From a bacterium (GTDB lineage Bacteria > SAR324 > JACQKK01), in assembly GCA_965240465.1 (NCBI GenBank), contig OZ251219.1, positions 1,376,001 to 1,440,000 on the forward strand: 64,000 nucleotides of DNA, in the 5' to 3' direction. The first letter of the stretch is position 1; the number at the start of each line of letters is the position of its first letter. Positions 9,802 through 19,300 of this stretch are shown here, one piece after another. Below the pieces are notes generated by a model. That model was not told where the DNA came from. It saw only the letters and a list, made by a program, of their open reading frames with translations, and did no database searches. The position numbers and the translations under genes were made by a program.

Positions 9802-12432
9802 ATGAAATTAAACACTTTTATAAGTATAAAAATTAGGTTTTACACATTGGGGACAGCACTGTGTATTACTGTTTTTTCTTTGATTATTTTATCATGTTCT
9901 AGCAGTTCAGATACACCACCTCCCCTTGAAACTGACACTGGAATGACAGACCCAACAAACCCGATAGATCCAATAGACCCGATAGATCCAATAGACCCGA
10001 TAGATCCAATAGACCCAATAGATCCAGTTGATCCAGTTGATCCGTTGGAAAGGGTCAAGTATAAGACTTTATTTTCGGGAGGGGAGGATCATACCTGTTT
10101 GTCTGTAAGAGGTGCACTATCATGTTGGGGAAAGGGTGGTAGTGGTCGTCTGGGCAATGGAGACGTTTATGATAAATACATTCCTACTGCAGTGACTGGA
10201 ATGGATAGCGGTGTGTCCGATGTTGCGGCAGGGTATGATTACACCTGTGCAGTGAAAGATGGTGTAGCCAAGTGCTGGGGCGAAGGTGATAATGGTCGTT
10301 TGGGTATTAATGATTCTAATAGTTCAACATTAATAGACACAGCAGCACCAAGAGATGTGGAATTTAGTGGTGGTAATGTCAGCGTTAAAGACATTAGTGC
10401 TGGAAGAGCAACCTCCTGTGCCATAAAGACAGATGAAAGTGTTTGGTGTTGGGGAAGTAACTCTCGGGGACAACTGGGGGATGGTAGCACGGAGGACAAA
10501 TATTATCCAGTGCAGGTTATTAAAGATGGAAACCCCTTTGAGAATGGTAAAGCTATTAGCTCGGGAGAGTATTATAATTGTGCAATTGCTGGCGAGGATG
10601 CTCTGGTTTATTGTTGGGGTGGTAATGAAGCAGGACAGTTAGGTACGGATAATACAGATGACTCTCTTACTCCTGTTAAAGTAATCCGTGATGATGATGA
10701 AGATTTGAACGATACCTACTCCATTACATCAGGAGATCATCACACCTGTGTACTTAGTGGTAGTGGTGATGCTTGGTGTTGGGGTTGGAACGGGCAAGGT
10801 CAATTGGCCAGAGGCAGTAATGATTTTTCCTTAAAAGCTCAAAAGGTATCGGTTCCTGATAACACGCCAGATACAGGATTAGAGTTTATTCGGGCTAAAG
10901 GCGATTTAACCTGTACCATATTAAGCGGGTTTGCCCTATGTGCAGGAAATAATAACTATGGTCAGTTGGGCATAGGTAACACTAACAATAATCATACTCT
11001 AAGAAATGTCCAACTACTCACCAGTGGAGTAACTAACATGGCAGTGGGAGCAGCCCACGCCTGTGGCATCCAGAATTATGGAAATGGTGAAATATACTGC
11101 TGGGGTAATAGCAGTAGTGGTCAGGTGGGTTATAGTGGTCATGTAGCCCGACAGCTATATCCAGTGAAGGTCTATAACACTAACGGTAATATCTCTAAGA
11201 ATGTTACTTATGTTGATACAGGGAAGGGACACTCTTGTGCGATCATGAATGGTGGAGCTTATTGCTGGGGGCAGAATAGCTTCGGTGAAATAGGCAATGG
11301 TACCCAAGTTCAAGCACCTAAGCCGGTAGCAGTATCAGATATGTCTGGCGGTGTAACTGAAATTTCCGCAGGAGGATACGTGGATGCTGGGGCCAACAAT
11401 GCTCATACTTGTGCTATCAAGGAGGATAATGTTTGGTGTTGGGGATATAACAACCTAGGACAACTTGGGGATGGTTCTAGAACAAACAGTTTTGTTCCCG
11501 TGCAGGCAACAACTAGCGGTATTGCGACTTATATTGGTACAGGATTCGAGATTTCTTGTGTCTTAGTAGACAGTACACCAAAATGCTGGGGTAATAATTA
11601 TGATAATAGATTGGGTACTGGAGCACCTAGTTATGTTAAAACCGTGCCGACAAATGTTGTTTATGGTTCCAGCAAAGAAAGCATTAGTGATGCTAAATAT
11701 CTATCTGTAGGAACGGATGCAGCTTGTACCATCCTGGGTGCGAAGGTTATAAATGGTACAACCTATAATGACATTATTGCCTGTTGGGGTTTAGGTCATT
11801 GGAACACACTTGCTAATGATGATAGGGGACACCAATCTTATGCTGTTGCATCCATCACCAGCAATAGTGGGGACGCAGACCTTGCCAATGATACATATCT
11901 TCATGGCTATTCTGTGGTTAACTTAGGATTTCAACATGGGTGTGGTATAAACAAAGTATATGAAGAAAACAGCACCACCTACGAGAATGTTGCTGTTTGT
12001 TGGGGCCTTAACTATAATGGTCAGGCAGGTAGTCCAAGTGGGGATTGGCTCGCACGTCCACGAGTGATTAGATTTACGAGTGGGGGAATACCGGTTGCGA
12101 ATGTTATCAGCATTTCTGCACAATACAGGCAAAGTTGTGCCGTTGTGGATGCTGGGCGGGCAGTATGTTGGGGTGATTCCAGTACTGGGGGTTTAGGTAA
12201 TAATTCTTTTGGCAGTAATAAGGTTTCTTATCCCCAGGACCTGTTCCCATTTAATGCTGACAATAGTATTGGCTTTAGCCAAATCTCTGCTGGGTATCAC
12301 GGTTGCGGTATAGCAGGAACAAGTTCAGACAAACTATACTGCTGGGGTAAAGGTGATGTAGGACAGCTAGGCTATGGTAGAACAGGGGATATTCCAACAC
12401 CAATACGAGTTTTAATTGGTATTGATGAATAA
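9802..12432 (+). CDS. RCC1/BLIP-II repeat putative lipoprotein, copy 3 (expanded DP(I/V) linker)
   Basis: Same architecture; DPIDPIDPI... linker. Confidence 0.9.
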   Translation: MKLNTFISIKIRFYTLGTALCITVFSLIILSCSSSSDTPPPLETDTGMTDPTNPIDPIDPIDPIDPIDPIDPIDPVDPVDPLERVKYKTLFSGGEDHTCLSVRGALSCWGKGGSGRLGNGDVYDKYIPTAVTGMDSGVSDVAAGYDYTCAVKDGVAKCWGEGDNGRLGINDSNSSTLIDTAAPRDVEFSGGNVSVKDISAGRATSCAIKTDESVWCWGSNSRGQLGDGSTEDKYYPVQVIKDGNPFENGKAISSGEYYNCAIAGEDALVYCWGGNEAGQLGTDNTDDSLTPVKVIRDDDEDLNDTYSITSGDHHTCVLSGSGDAWCWGWNGQGQLARGSNDFSLKAQKVSVPDNTPDTGLEFIRAKGDLTCTILSGFALCAGNNNYGQLGIGNTNNNHTLRNVQLLTSGVTNMAVGAAHACGIQNYGNGEIYCWGNSSSGQVGYSGHVARQLYPVKVYNTNGNISKNVTYVDTGKGHSCAIMNGGAYCWGQNSFGEIGNGTQVQAPKPVAVSDMSGGVTEISAGGYVDAGANNAHTCAIKEDNVWCWGYNNLGQLGDGSRTNSFVPVQATTSGIATYIGTGFEISCVLVDSTPKCWGNNYDNRLGTGAPSYVKTVPTNVVYGSSKESISDAKYLSVGTDAACTILGAKVINGTTYNDIIACWGLGHWNTLANDDRGHQSYAVASITSNSGDADLANDTYLHGYSVVNLGFQHGCGINKVYEENSTTYENVAVCWGLNYNGQAGSPSGDWLARPRVIRFTSGGIPVANVISISAQYRQSCAVVDAGRAVCWGDSSTGGLGNNSFGSNKVSYPQDLFPFNADNSIGFSQISAGYHGCGIAGTSSDKLYCWGKGDVGQLGYGRTGDIPTPIRVLIGIDE
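9949..10045 (+). repeat. 9/18-bp in-frame microsatellite encoding (DPI/DPV)n
   Basis: gatccaatagacccgata units, then gatccagtt units. Confidence 0.9.
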
Positions 12433-12481
12433 ATTATTGGCTTGTAAAATTAATAACACAAAAATAGACTTTTCTTAGGCG

Positions 12482-13807
12482 ATGGCACATCATGAGGAAC
12501 ACTGCCTGAAGAGATTTTTTGTGAAAACAACAACCAAGATTTTTATTATCTGCGTTTTGTCAGTCACGATGCTATCTGGCTGCCAAGTACAGGAGAAATA
12601 CCAGAAATTACTAAAAAAGATTACTGAGATTTTGAACATCGGTAAGGAAGAGAGTGCTGTTTCTGAAGAGAGTGCTGTTTCTGAAGAGAGTGCTGTTTCT
12701 GAAGAGAGTGCTGTCCCTGAAAGAGAGTCTGTAAAAGAATCATTTATTAGTACTAGTATTGCGGTGGGTAATTTTCACACTTGCACAGTGGTGAGAGGTT
12801 CTGCTTGGTGCTGGGGGTTAGGGAATAGTGGTCGTTTGGGTACTGGCAGTAGTAAAGAGCAAAAAAAGCCTGTCCTAGTGGAAGGCTTAGGCAATGGTGT
12901 TTCTGATATTTCAGCGGGGGCGGAACACACCTGTGCTATCAAAAGAGGTTCTGCTTGGTGTTGGGGCAAGGGATCTGAAGGACAGCTAGGAAATAGTGGT
13001 ACTAGGTCTCGGTTTAAGCCTGTAGAGGTAGTGGGGTTATCCAGTGGTGTTTCCTCTATTTCTGCAGGGTATTCACATAGTTGTGCCATCAAAGGAAACG
13101 CTGCTTGGTGCTGGGGCTTAAGCAAGGATGGTCGTCTGGGAAATGGTGTTTCTGGTGCTGTTGTGAGAAACCAGCCTGTGCGAGTATCAGGTCTTAGTAT
13201 GGGAGTTTCTCGTATTTCGGCGGGGAAGGCTCATACCTGTGCGATTGTGGCAGGGGAGGCTAGGTGTTGGGGGTTTGGAGGCAGTAATCAGCTAGGAAAT
13301 GGTAGTACTAGCGACCAATCTAGGCCTGTTAGGGTGTCTACTCTTGGTTCTGGCGTTACCGATATTTCAGCGGGTGCAGAGCATACATGTGCTATCAAGA
13401 GTGGTGGTGCTTGGTGCTGGGGAGAAGGACAACAAGGTCAGCTAGGCAATGGCGATGTAGTCAATCAGGGTATGCCTGTGCAAGTGAGAGAGCACGACAG
13501 TGGTTTTTCGAGTATTTCTACGGGTTCAGCTCATAGTTGTGCGGTTGTGAACAGGTCTGCTTGGTGTTGGGGGAATGGTAGTAGTGGTAGGATTGGTTAT
13601 GGTGGTGTACATTTGAAAACTGCCCCAGTAGAGGTAATTGGTATTGTAGGGAGGGCATCTGTGATTGCCGCGGGGTATTCACACACTTGCGTGCTGGTAG
13701 GAGGTGGAGTGGTTTGGTGCTGGGGCTTTGGTGGTAATGGTCAGTTGGGAGACGGAAAAAGCGGTTTCCATGAGAGACTCAAGCCGATCAGGCTCCGTAT
13801 GAGGTAG
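12482..13807 (+). CDS. Shorter, divergent RCC1 repeat lipoprotein (about one propeller); real start possibly GTG at 12521
   Basis: Lipobox MLSGC; about 7 HTC/HSC...AWCWG...GxLG repeats. Confidence 0.88.
   Translation: MAHHEEHCLKRFFVKTTTKIFIICVLSVTMLSGCQVQEKYQKLLKKITEILNIGKEESAVSEESAVSEESAVSEESAVPERESVKESFISTSIAVGNFHTCTVVRGSAWCWGLGNSGRLGTGSSKEQKKPVLVEGLGNGVSDISAGAEHTCAIKRGSAWCWGKGSEGQLGNSGTRSRFKPVEVVGLSSGVSSISAGYSHSCAIKGNAAWCWGLSKDGRLGNGVSGAVVRNQPVRVSGLSMGVSRISAGKAHTCAIVAGEARCWGFGGSNQLGNGSTSDQSRPVRVSTLGSGVTDISAGAEHTCAIKSGGAWCWGEGQQGQLGNGDVVNQGMPVQVREHDSGFSSISTGSAHSCAVVNRSAWCWGNGSSGRIGYGGVHLKTAPVEVIGIVGRASVIAAGYSHTCVLVGGGVVWCWGFGGNGQLGDGKSGFHERLKPIRLRMR
12647..12720 (+). repeat. 18-bp tandem repeat x4 encoding EESAVS
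   Basis: gaagagagtgctgtttct repeated. Confidence 0.9.
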
Positions 13808-13810
13808 ATT

Positions 13811-13850
13811 GGGGGATGGGGGGGGGGGTTGGGAGGTGAAGGTGGGGAGG
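13811..13850 (+). other. G-rich tract with G-quadruplex potential
   Basis: G5-at-G11-tt-G3-aggtgaaggt-G4 in the convergent intergenic gap. Confidence 0.6.
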
Positions 13851-14201
13851 CTAATTTTTTGTTTCTGTAGCGATCCATTGCAGGAATTCTGGGTTGCCGT
13901 GTGTTATGGGCCAAGCGATAATACAAGGGCATTGATAAGAGTGGAGGGTTTTCACTCTGGTAGTGAGTTCTTCGAGGCGGGTGGTTGTTGTTTTAGCCAG
14001 CAGGGATATTTCTTTAGCTGAGTTAAGCTGTCCTTGCCAGCGGTAGATAGATTTGTGCTCGCCCAAGATATTGGCACAGGCAGCCAGTTTTTCCGATACT
14101 AAAATGCTTGCGATGTTTTGGGCTTCTTTTTGGGAAGCAGTGGTAATATACACCAGTAGTGGTTGAGGAGATTTTGGTATCACGACTAGTTTTATTTCCA
14201 C
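13851..14201 (-). CDS. cutA: Divalent cation tolerance protein CutA
   Basis: LVSEKLAACANI, SIYRWQG, LHSYQCPCI. Confidence 0.92.
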   Translation of the reverse strand: MEIKLVVIPKSPQPLLVYITTASQKEAQNIASILVSEKLAACANILGEHKSIYRWQGQLNSAKEISLLAKTTTTRLEELTTRVKTLHSYQCPCIIAWPITHGNPEFLQWIATETKN

Positions 14202-15733
14202 CAGAGGGGGTATTTTTTTTCGTCAGTGTCTGGGAGTTGTTGGGGATATTTGTCAAGGTATCCTGCTTGGGCTGCTTGCAGAAAGGAATCCACCCAATGG
14301 AAGACATTATGATTAGCTACGGTTTTTTTCAGCTGGTTCATGTTGTGGATACGCTCTTCTTTTTGCATGGTGCATGCGTGGTAGATGGTGTCTGCCATTC
14401 CTTCGGTGTCAAAAGGATTAACAGTTAGGGCGTATTTACCCAGCTGGGCAGCTGCCCCTGCAAACTTGCTGAGTACCAGTACACTATTTTCCGTTTTAGC
14501 ACAGGCACAAAATTCTTTAGCCACCAAATTCATACCGTCATCCAGAGGAGTGATCAAAGCTATATCGGCGGCATGATAGTATCCCAGCAGTTCTTCGTGT
14601 TTTAGAGAACGATACTGGTAGATAATGGGAGTCCAATTTGGGCGAGAAAACTCACCATTGATTTTTCCCACCAATTGCTCTATTTCCTGCTTAATTTTTT
14701 CATATTCTGGAATTTGCTCGCGACTGGGTACCAGCACCTGTACTAGAGTTACCTTGCCTATCAAGTTTTGGTATTTTTTCAGCATATCGCTAAAGCCACG
14801 TAGTTTGTGCCTAATTCCTTTGGTATAGTCCATGCGGTCTATGCCGAGTACGATTTTCGTATCCTTTAGGCTGTTACACAGGGTTTGGCTGTATCCTTGT
14901 GATTTACTTGAGTTAACTGTGGTAGCGAAGTGTTGGTAGTCTATACCGATAGGAAAGCTGCCTACCTTAGTGACGCCATGTTTATGTTCAATATGATGTA
15001 GCGATCCGTGGCGTGAAATGTGGATTTTTTTCAGTAGAGATTCCACCGCACGCATGAAGTGTGTTTTATGCCATGGGGTTTGGAAGCCCAGCAGATTGTA
15101 TGACAGCATGGAAATTAGGATTTCTCTAGCCCAGGGCATCATGACAAATATTCGGTCTGGAGGAAAAGGAATATGGAGAAAGAAGCAGCTAGGGTTTTCC
15201 ACCCCCAGTTCCCTCAAGCGTTGTCCTAGCTGGATGAGGTGGTAGTCGTTTGTCCAGAGAAGGTCTTTTTTTTGTACTGTACTTTTAACTACGTGGGCGA
15301 ATTTCTTGTTAACCTCTTGATAGCTTCTCCAGTAGGTAGGATTGAAGTCACAACGGTGCGGCATGCAGTGAAACAAAGGCCAAATAATACCGTTGGAAAA
15401 ACCTTGATAAAAAAGCTGAAATTCCTCTTCTGTAAGAAACACAGGATTTACCAGATAGCCGATATTTTTGGTATGCCTTTTTAACAGAGACCACTTGGCA
15501 GGATGTCCGAGCACTCCGGGCCAACCGATCCACACTCCCCCACGATGACGCAACACTGGCCCCATAGCGGTGACTAGCCCTCCAGAACTAGAAGATATCT
15601 TTGAGATCCCTTCTTTATCCGATAACGTGAACGGCAAACGGTTGGAAATAATTACCAGACGCTCAATTTCTTCCGTAGAAGAATCTTCCAGAGTGGCAGG
15701 GACTAGCCACTCTTCCGACATTCTACTTCCCAT
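14192..15733 (-). CDS. otsA: Trehalose-6-phosphate synthase (GT20)
   Basis: [44 protein letters not shown]. Confidence 0.93.
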   Translation of the reverse strand: MGSRMSEEWLVPATLEDSSTEEIERLVIISNRLPFTLSDKEGISKISSSSGGLVTAMGPVLRHRGGVWIGWPGVLGHPAKWSLLKRHTKNIGYLVNPVFLTEEEFQLFYQGFSNGIIWPLFHCMPHRCDFNPTYWRSYQEVNKKFAHVVKSTVQKKDLLWTNDYHLIQLGQRLRELGVENPSCFFLHIPFPPDRIFVMMPWAREILISMLSYNLLGFQTPWHKTHFMRAVESLLKKIHISRHGSLHHIEHKHGVTKVGSFPIGIDYQHFATTVNSSKSQGYSQTLCNSLKDTKIVLGIDRMDYTKGIRHKLRGFSDMLKKYQNLIGKVTLVQVLVPSREQIPEYEKIKQEIEQLVGKINGEFSRPNWTPIIYQYRSLKHEELLGYYHAADIALITPLDDGMNLVAKEFCACAKTENSVLVLSKFAGAAAQLGKYALTVNPFDTEGMADTIYHACTMQKEERIHNMNQLKKTVANHNVFHWVDSFLQAAQAGYLDKYPQQLPDTDEKKYPLWWK

Positions 15734-16491
15734 TGATCAAAGAAACTTAATAATTCTTTTGGAGGCTGAATCCAAACTTCGGCCTCTGTTTTACGAAGCT
15801 CAGGACGTACCAACACAGATAGCCCCTTACCTTTAAGGCTCTTAAAAGCATCTTCATCGGTGTGGTCATCGCCCAGATATGCACCCAGGCAAGGGCTATT
15901 TTCTTCCAGCAGAGTCCTCACAGCTCTACCTTTGTTATGTGCTTCGGCACGAATTTCATGACCGCCATCAATTGGGTGTAGCAACAAGCCCTCTACACTT
16001 TCTAATGGTCCCCAGTTTTTTACTACCCACCCATGCATAGCAATTTGCTTTTCAGCACTCATCCCACGATGATGCATTACAACGCCCGCGTATTTGTGTT
16101 CCACCGCATCACCCCAATCGGCTTTAGCCCTGACGCGTGCTTCGTGTAGGCCTTCTCCGATCTCATCAGGCAGGGGATTTTGCAATAAATCTTGTTTAGG
16201 GGATAAACGTTCCCAGCCATGGTTCCCCCAAATTTCGGGCATATCGCCCCAATCTAACAGATCAGCTAATTCATCAGCTACTCTGCCAGAAATAATAACT
16301 ACCTTGCATAGTTCCGATTTAATTAATCTTTCCAGTTTTTCTTGTACTCCAGGCCAAGGTTTAGCAATGCGTCTATCTATCTGCAATGGAGAGAGAACGC
16401 CATCATAATCAAGCATCAACAAGCGTGTGGGAGCTTTATTTAAGGCTTTGAAGAACGGCTTAAGTTCTCCAGATTTTTTTAGAACTTCCAT
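15703..16491 (-). CDS. otsB: Trehalose-6-phosphate phosphatase (HAD)
   Basis: LDYDGVL, ISGR, NKG, YLGDDHTDEDAF; adjacent to otsA. Confidence 0.9.
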   Translation of the reverse strand: MEVLKKSGELKPFFKALNKAPTRLLMLDYDGVLSPLQIDRRIAKPWPGVQEKLERLIKSELCKVVIISGRVADELADLLDWGDMPEIWGNHGWERLSPKQDLLQNPLPDEIGEGLHEARVRAKADWGDAVEHKYAGVVMHHRGMSAEKQIAMHGWVVKNWGPLESVEGLLLHPIDGGHEIRAEAHNKGRAVRTLLEENSPCLGAYLGDDHTDEDAFKSLKGKGLSVLVRPELRKTEAEVWIQPPKELLSFFDQWEVECRKSG

Positions 16492-16662
16492 ATATTTAAG
16501 ACTCTAAGAATGTTTATGAGAATATTTTCAAAAAATACTGTAAGTATGGTCTTTCTTATAAGACAAGATTGTTCTAGCATAGTAGGGGTGTTTATAGCAA
16601 ATCTTAATAAGAAATTGCATAAATTAGCACTCAATGACCGTGACATAAGTGATGGAATATAG

Positions 16663-18201
16663 ATGACTGAGCAGGTTACTTGTACACAATCTGCTACAGT
16701 TCTGGGCGTAGATGCCCACTTGGTGGTAGTGGAACTCGCCATTTCGCGGGGGTTAAGCCAGTTTATCATCGTGGGATTACCAGACAATGCCATTCGTGAG
16801 AGTCGTGACCGTATCACTGCAGCCTTGATGAGCTGTGGTATTCCCTTGCCCGTGCGTAAGATTGTCTGCAACCTAGCCCCCGCGGAGATCAGAAAGAGCG
16901 GTGCTGGTTTTGATTTACCAATCGCAGCTTGCCTGTTAGCAGGGATGGGTGCTGCTACTGCCAAGCGACTCAGTGATGCCATGCTGATGGGGGAAATATC
17001 GTTAGAGGGTAAGGTACGTCCCCTGCGTGGAGTGCTGGCAGCTGCCCTAGCTGCCAAAAAAGAAGGCTTGAAGGAATTGGTTATTCCCAAGCAGAACGCG
17101 GTTGAAGCCTCTATGGTAGAAGGTTTGACGGTGTATGGAGTAAGTAATTTATCCGATGTAATTTCGTGGCTGAAAGGGAAACTCCAGCCAGAACAATCTG
17201 GTGCAGCAAAAGCACTTGAACTGCTAAAAGCCCATCATAACTCGGACAATTATCTAGAACTGCAGGATGTAAAAGGTCATGAGCGTGTCAAGCGAGTATT
17301 AGAAATTGCGGCTGCGGGAGGTCATCATTTGCTGATGATTGGTCCCCCTGGTTCAGGTAAGACCATGCTCGCCCAACGACTGCCCTCCATAATGCCCCCG
17401 CTGGACTTTGAAGAAGCCCTAGAAGTATCCAGAATATACAGCGTAGCTGGTAACTTGGATGCTAAAGTACCCCTGATAAAGCAACGACCATTTCGCTCGC
17501 CGCACCACAATATTTCTCGTCCTGGCATGGTCGGAGGAGGTTCTATACCCACCCCAGGAGAAATATCACTGGCACATAATGGCGTACTCTTTCTGGATGA
17601 ATTACCCGAATTTCCGCGCGACATCCTTGATATGCTCCGACAACCACTAGAAGACCGCCGTTTAACCATTGCCAGAGCGGCTGTCTCGCTGGAATTTCCC
17701 TGTTCTTTCCTGCTGGTGTGTGCCATGAATCCCTGCCCCTGCGGATATTTAGGCTCAATTAACCAAACATGCCGATGCTCAGCTCAGCAAATCCAACGAT
17801 ACCGCTCTCGCATTTCAGGTCCCCTGCTTGATCGCATTGATTTACGCGTGGAAGTACCCGTCACTCCCTTTGAGAAACTCCGCCACAGCAAGAGTGGCCC
17901 CTCCTCTAAGTCCGTTGCTACTAATGTCCGCAAGGCACGTTCACTACAAGAAAAACGTTTTGCTAATAGTCACACCCGCTGCAATGCCCACATGCTTCCT
18001 TCCGAATTAGAAAAATATGCTCAAACCGATGAAGATAGCTGGCTATTGCTACAACAAGCCACCAATAGATTTAACCTCAGCACCCGTGCTCATACTCGCA
18101 TTATAAAAGTAGCCCGCACCGTTGCTGATCTTGTACAACGGACGCAGATCAACACCTCTGACATCGGCGAAGCCATCCAATTCCATCGCTTTCAGCATTG
18201 A
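16663..18201 (+). CDS. comM: YifB/ComM Mg-chelatase-like AAA ATPase
   Basis: IVGLPD..IRESRDR, GPPGSGKT, PFRSPHH, LFLDELPEF, AMNPCPCG, SGPLLDRID. Confidence 0.93.
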   Translation: MTEQVTCTQSATVLGVDAHLVVVELAISRGLSQFIIVGLPDNAIRESRDRITAALMSCGIPLPVRKIVCNLAPAEIRKSGAGFDLPIAACLLAGMGAATAKRLSDAMLMGEISLEGKVRPLRGVLAAALAAKKEGLKELVIPKQNAVEASMVEGLTVYGVSNLSDVISWLKGKLQPEQSGAAKALELLKAHHNSDNYLELQDVKGHERVKRVLEIAAAGGHHLLMIGPPGSGKTMLAQRLPSIMPPLDFEEALEVSRIYSVAGNLDAKVPLIKQRPFRSPHHNISRPGMVGGGSIPTPGEISLAHNGVLFLDELPEFPRDILDMLRQPLEDRRLTIARAAVSLEFPCSFLLVCAMNPCPCGYLGSINQTCRCSAQQIQRYRSRISGPLLDRIDLRVEVPVTPFEKLRHSKSGPSSKSVATNVRKARSLQEKRFANSHTRCNAHMLPSELEKYAQTDEDSWLLLQQATNRFNLSTRAHTRIIKVARTVADLVQRTQINTSDIGEAIQFHRFQH

Positions 18202-18284
18202 TATCCGAGTTTGGCTCACCAATTCAGCCAAATGTCAGTCAGTCTAATGATAGGTCGCCAAAAAATAATTGATAAGTTCCCAGA

Positions 18285-19157
18285 CTAAGCCATTTTTAAT
18301 GGCTTATACTGGTGGTTGATAAACTTTTCTCCCACTCCTTCTCCACCTAGCACAATGGCATGCTCCAAAGCCCCATGCAGATAATTCAATGCTCCCGACA
18401 CTGCTTTTAACAACAAGTTTCCTCGCATCAATTCCACCGAAATGGCAGCCGATAAGGTACATCCCGAGCCATGAGTGTTCACTCCAGTGATCCGAGCATG
18501 AGAAATCCAGTGAGTGTTGTGTCCATCAAATAGGCAATTAGTTAGCTCTTCGGTAGACCCCCGCTTTGCCAGATGTCCCCCCTTCACCAGTACAGGCACT
18601 CCGAAACGCTGCTGGATAACACCCGCAGCAGCTTCCATATCCTGTTTGTTATTCAAGGGATTGTCTTCTCTTTGTGCCAGAATGGCTGCTTCATCTAGGT
18701 TAGGAGTTATTATGGTCGCCATGGGTATGAGGTATTTCTCTATTGCTATTAAGGCATCATCATCCAGCAAGCGTGCTCCGCTGGCAGCCACCATCACGGG
18801 ATCAACCACTAAGGGTGGTAATCCCTTGCCTGCTTGCAGAGGTAGATTCCGTAGAGCCTCAGCTACTGCCATCACCATATCTTGAGATGCCAACATGCCC
18901 GTTTTTACCGCACCCACCATAAAGTATTCGCCAATTGCCTCAATCTGATGAGCAGTCAGCTCTGGTGTCAGTACCTCCACTGCGGTAACTTTTTGAGGAT
19001 TCTGGGCTGTAATCGCGGTTAAGACACTGGTACCAAATGTCCCCAAAGCAGCAAAGGTCTTTAAGTCTGCCTGAATTCCTGCTCCACCACCGCTATCGGA
19101 CCCTGCCACAGTCATTACTGTCTGCAAGGGGACAGTACTCTTCAAGGTTGAGTTCAT
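18285..19157 (-). CDS. thiD: Hydroxymethylpyrimidine/phosphomethylpyrimidine kinase
   Basis: AGSDSGGGAGIQADLKT, VVDPVM, KGGH, THGSGCTLS. Confidence 0.93.
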   Translation of the reverse strand: MNSTLKSTVPLQTVMTVAGSDSGGGAGIQADLKTFAALGTFGTSVLTAITAQNPQKVTAVEVLTPELTAHQIEAIGEYFMVGAVKTGMLASQDMVMAVAEALRNLPLQAGKGLPPLVVDPVMVAASGARLLDDDALIAIEKYLIPMATIITPNLDEAAILAQREDNPLNNKQDMEAAAGVIQQRFGVPVLVKGGHLAKRGSTEELTNCLFDGHNTHWISHARITGVNTHGSGCTLSAAISVELMRGNLLLKAVSGALNYLHGALEHAIVLGGEGVGEKFINHQYKPLKMA

Positions 19158-19300
19158 GGTTGTTTTTTGTTATTTGTCGCTATTGTGTTATGCCCTAAGT
19201 GGATGGCTGAAGAAAGAAAATCTATCATTCCAGCTTCTATTTTTAGCACCTAATTGTTAGCATGTATAAGTGCATTTTTTAATGATCTCTCGTTTTTCCT

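Noticed and set aside
3667-12432. Diversity-generating retroelement acting on the RCC1 genes
   Set aside because: No reverse transcriptase in the window; differences are not adenine-specific, include indels and are spread along the genes; no template repeat seen.
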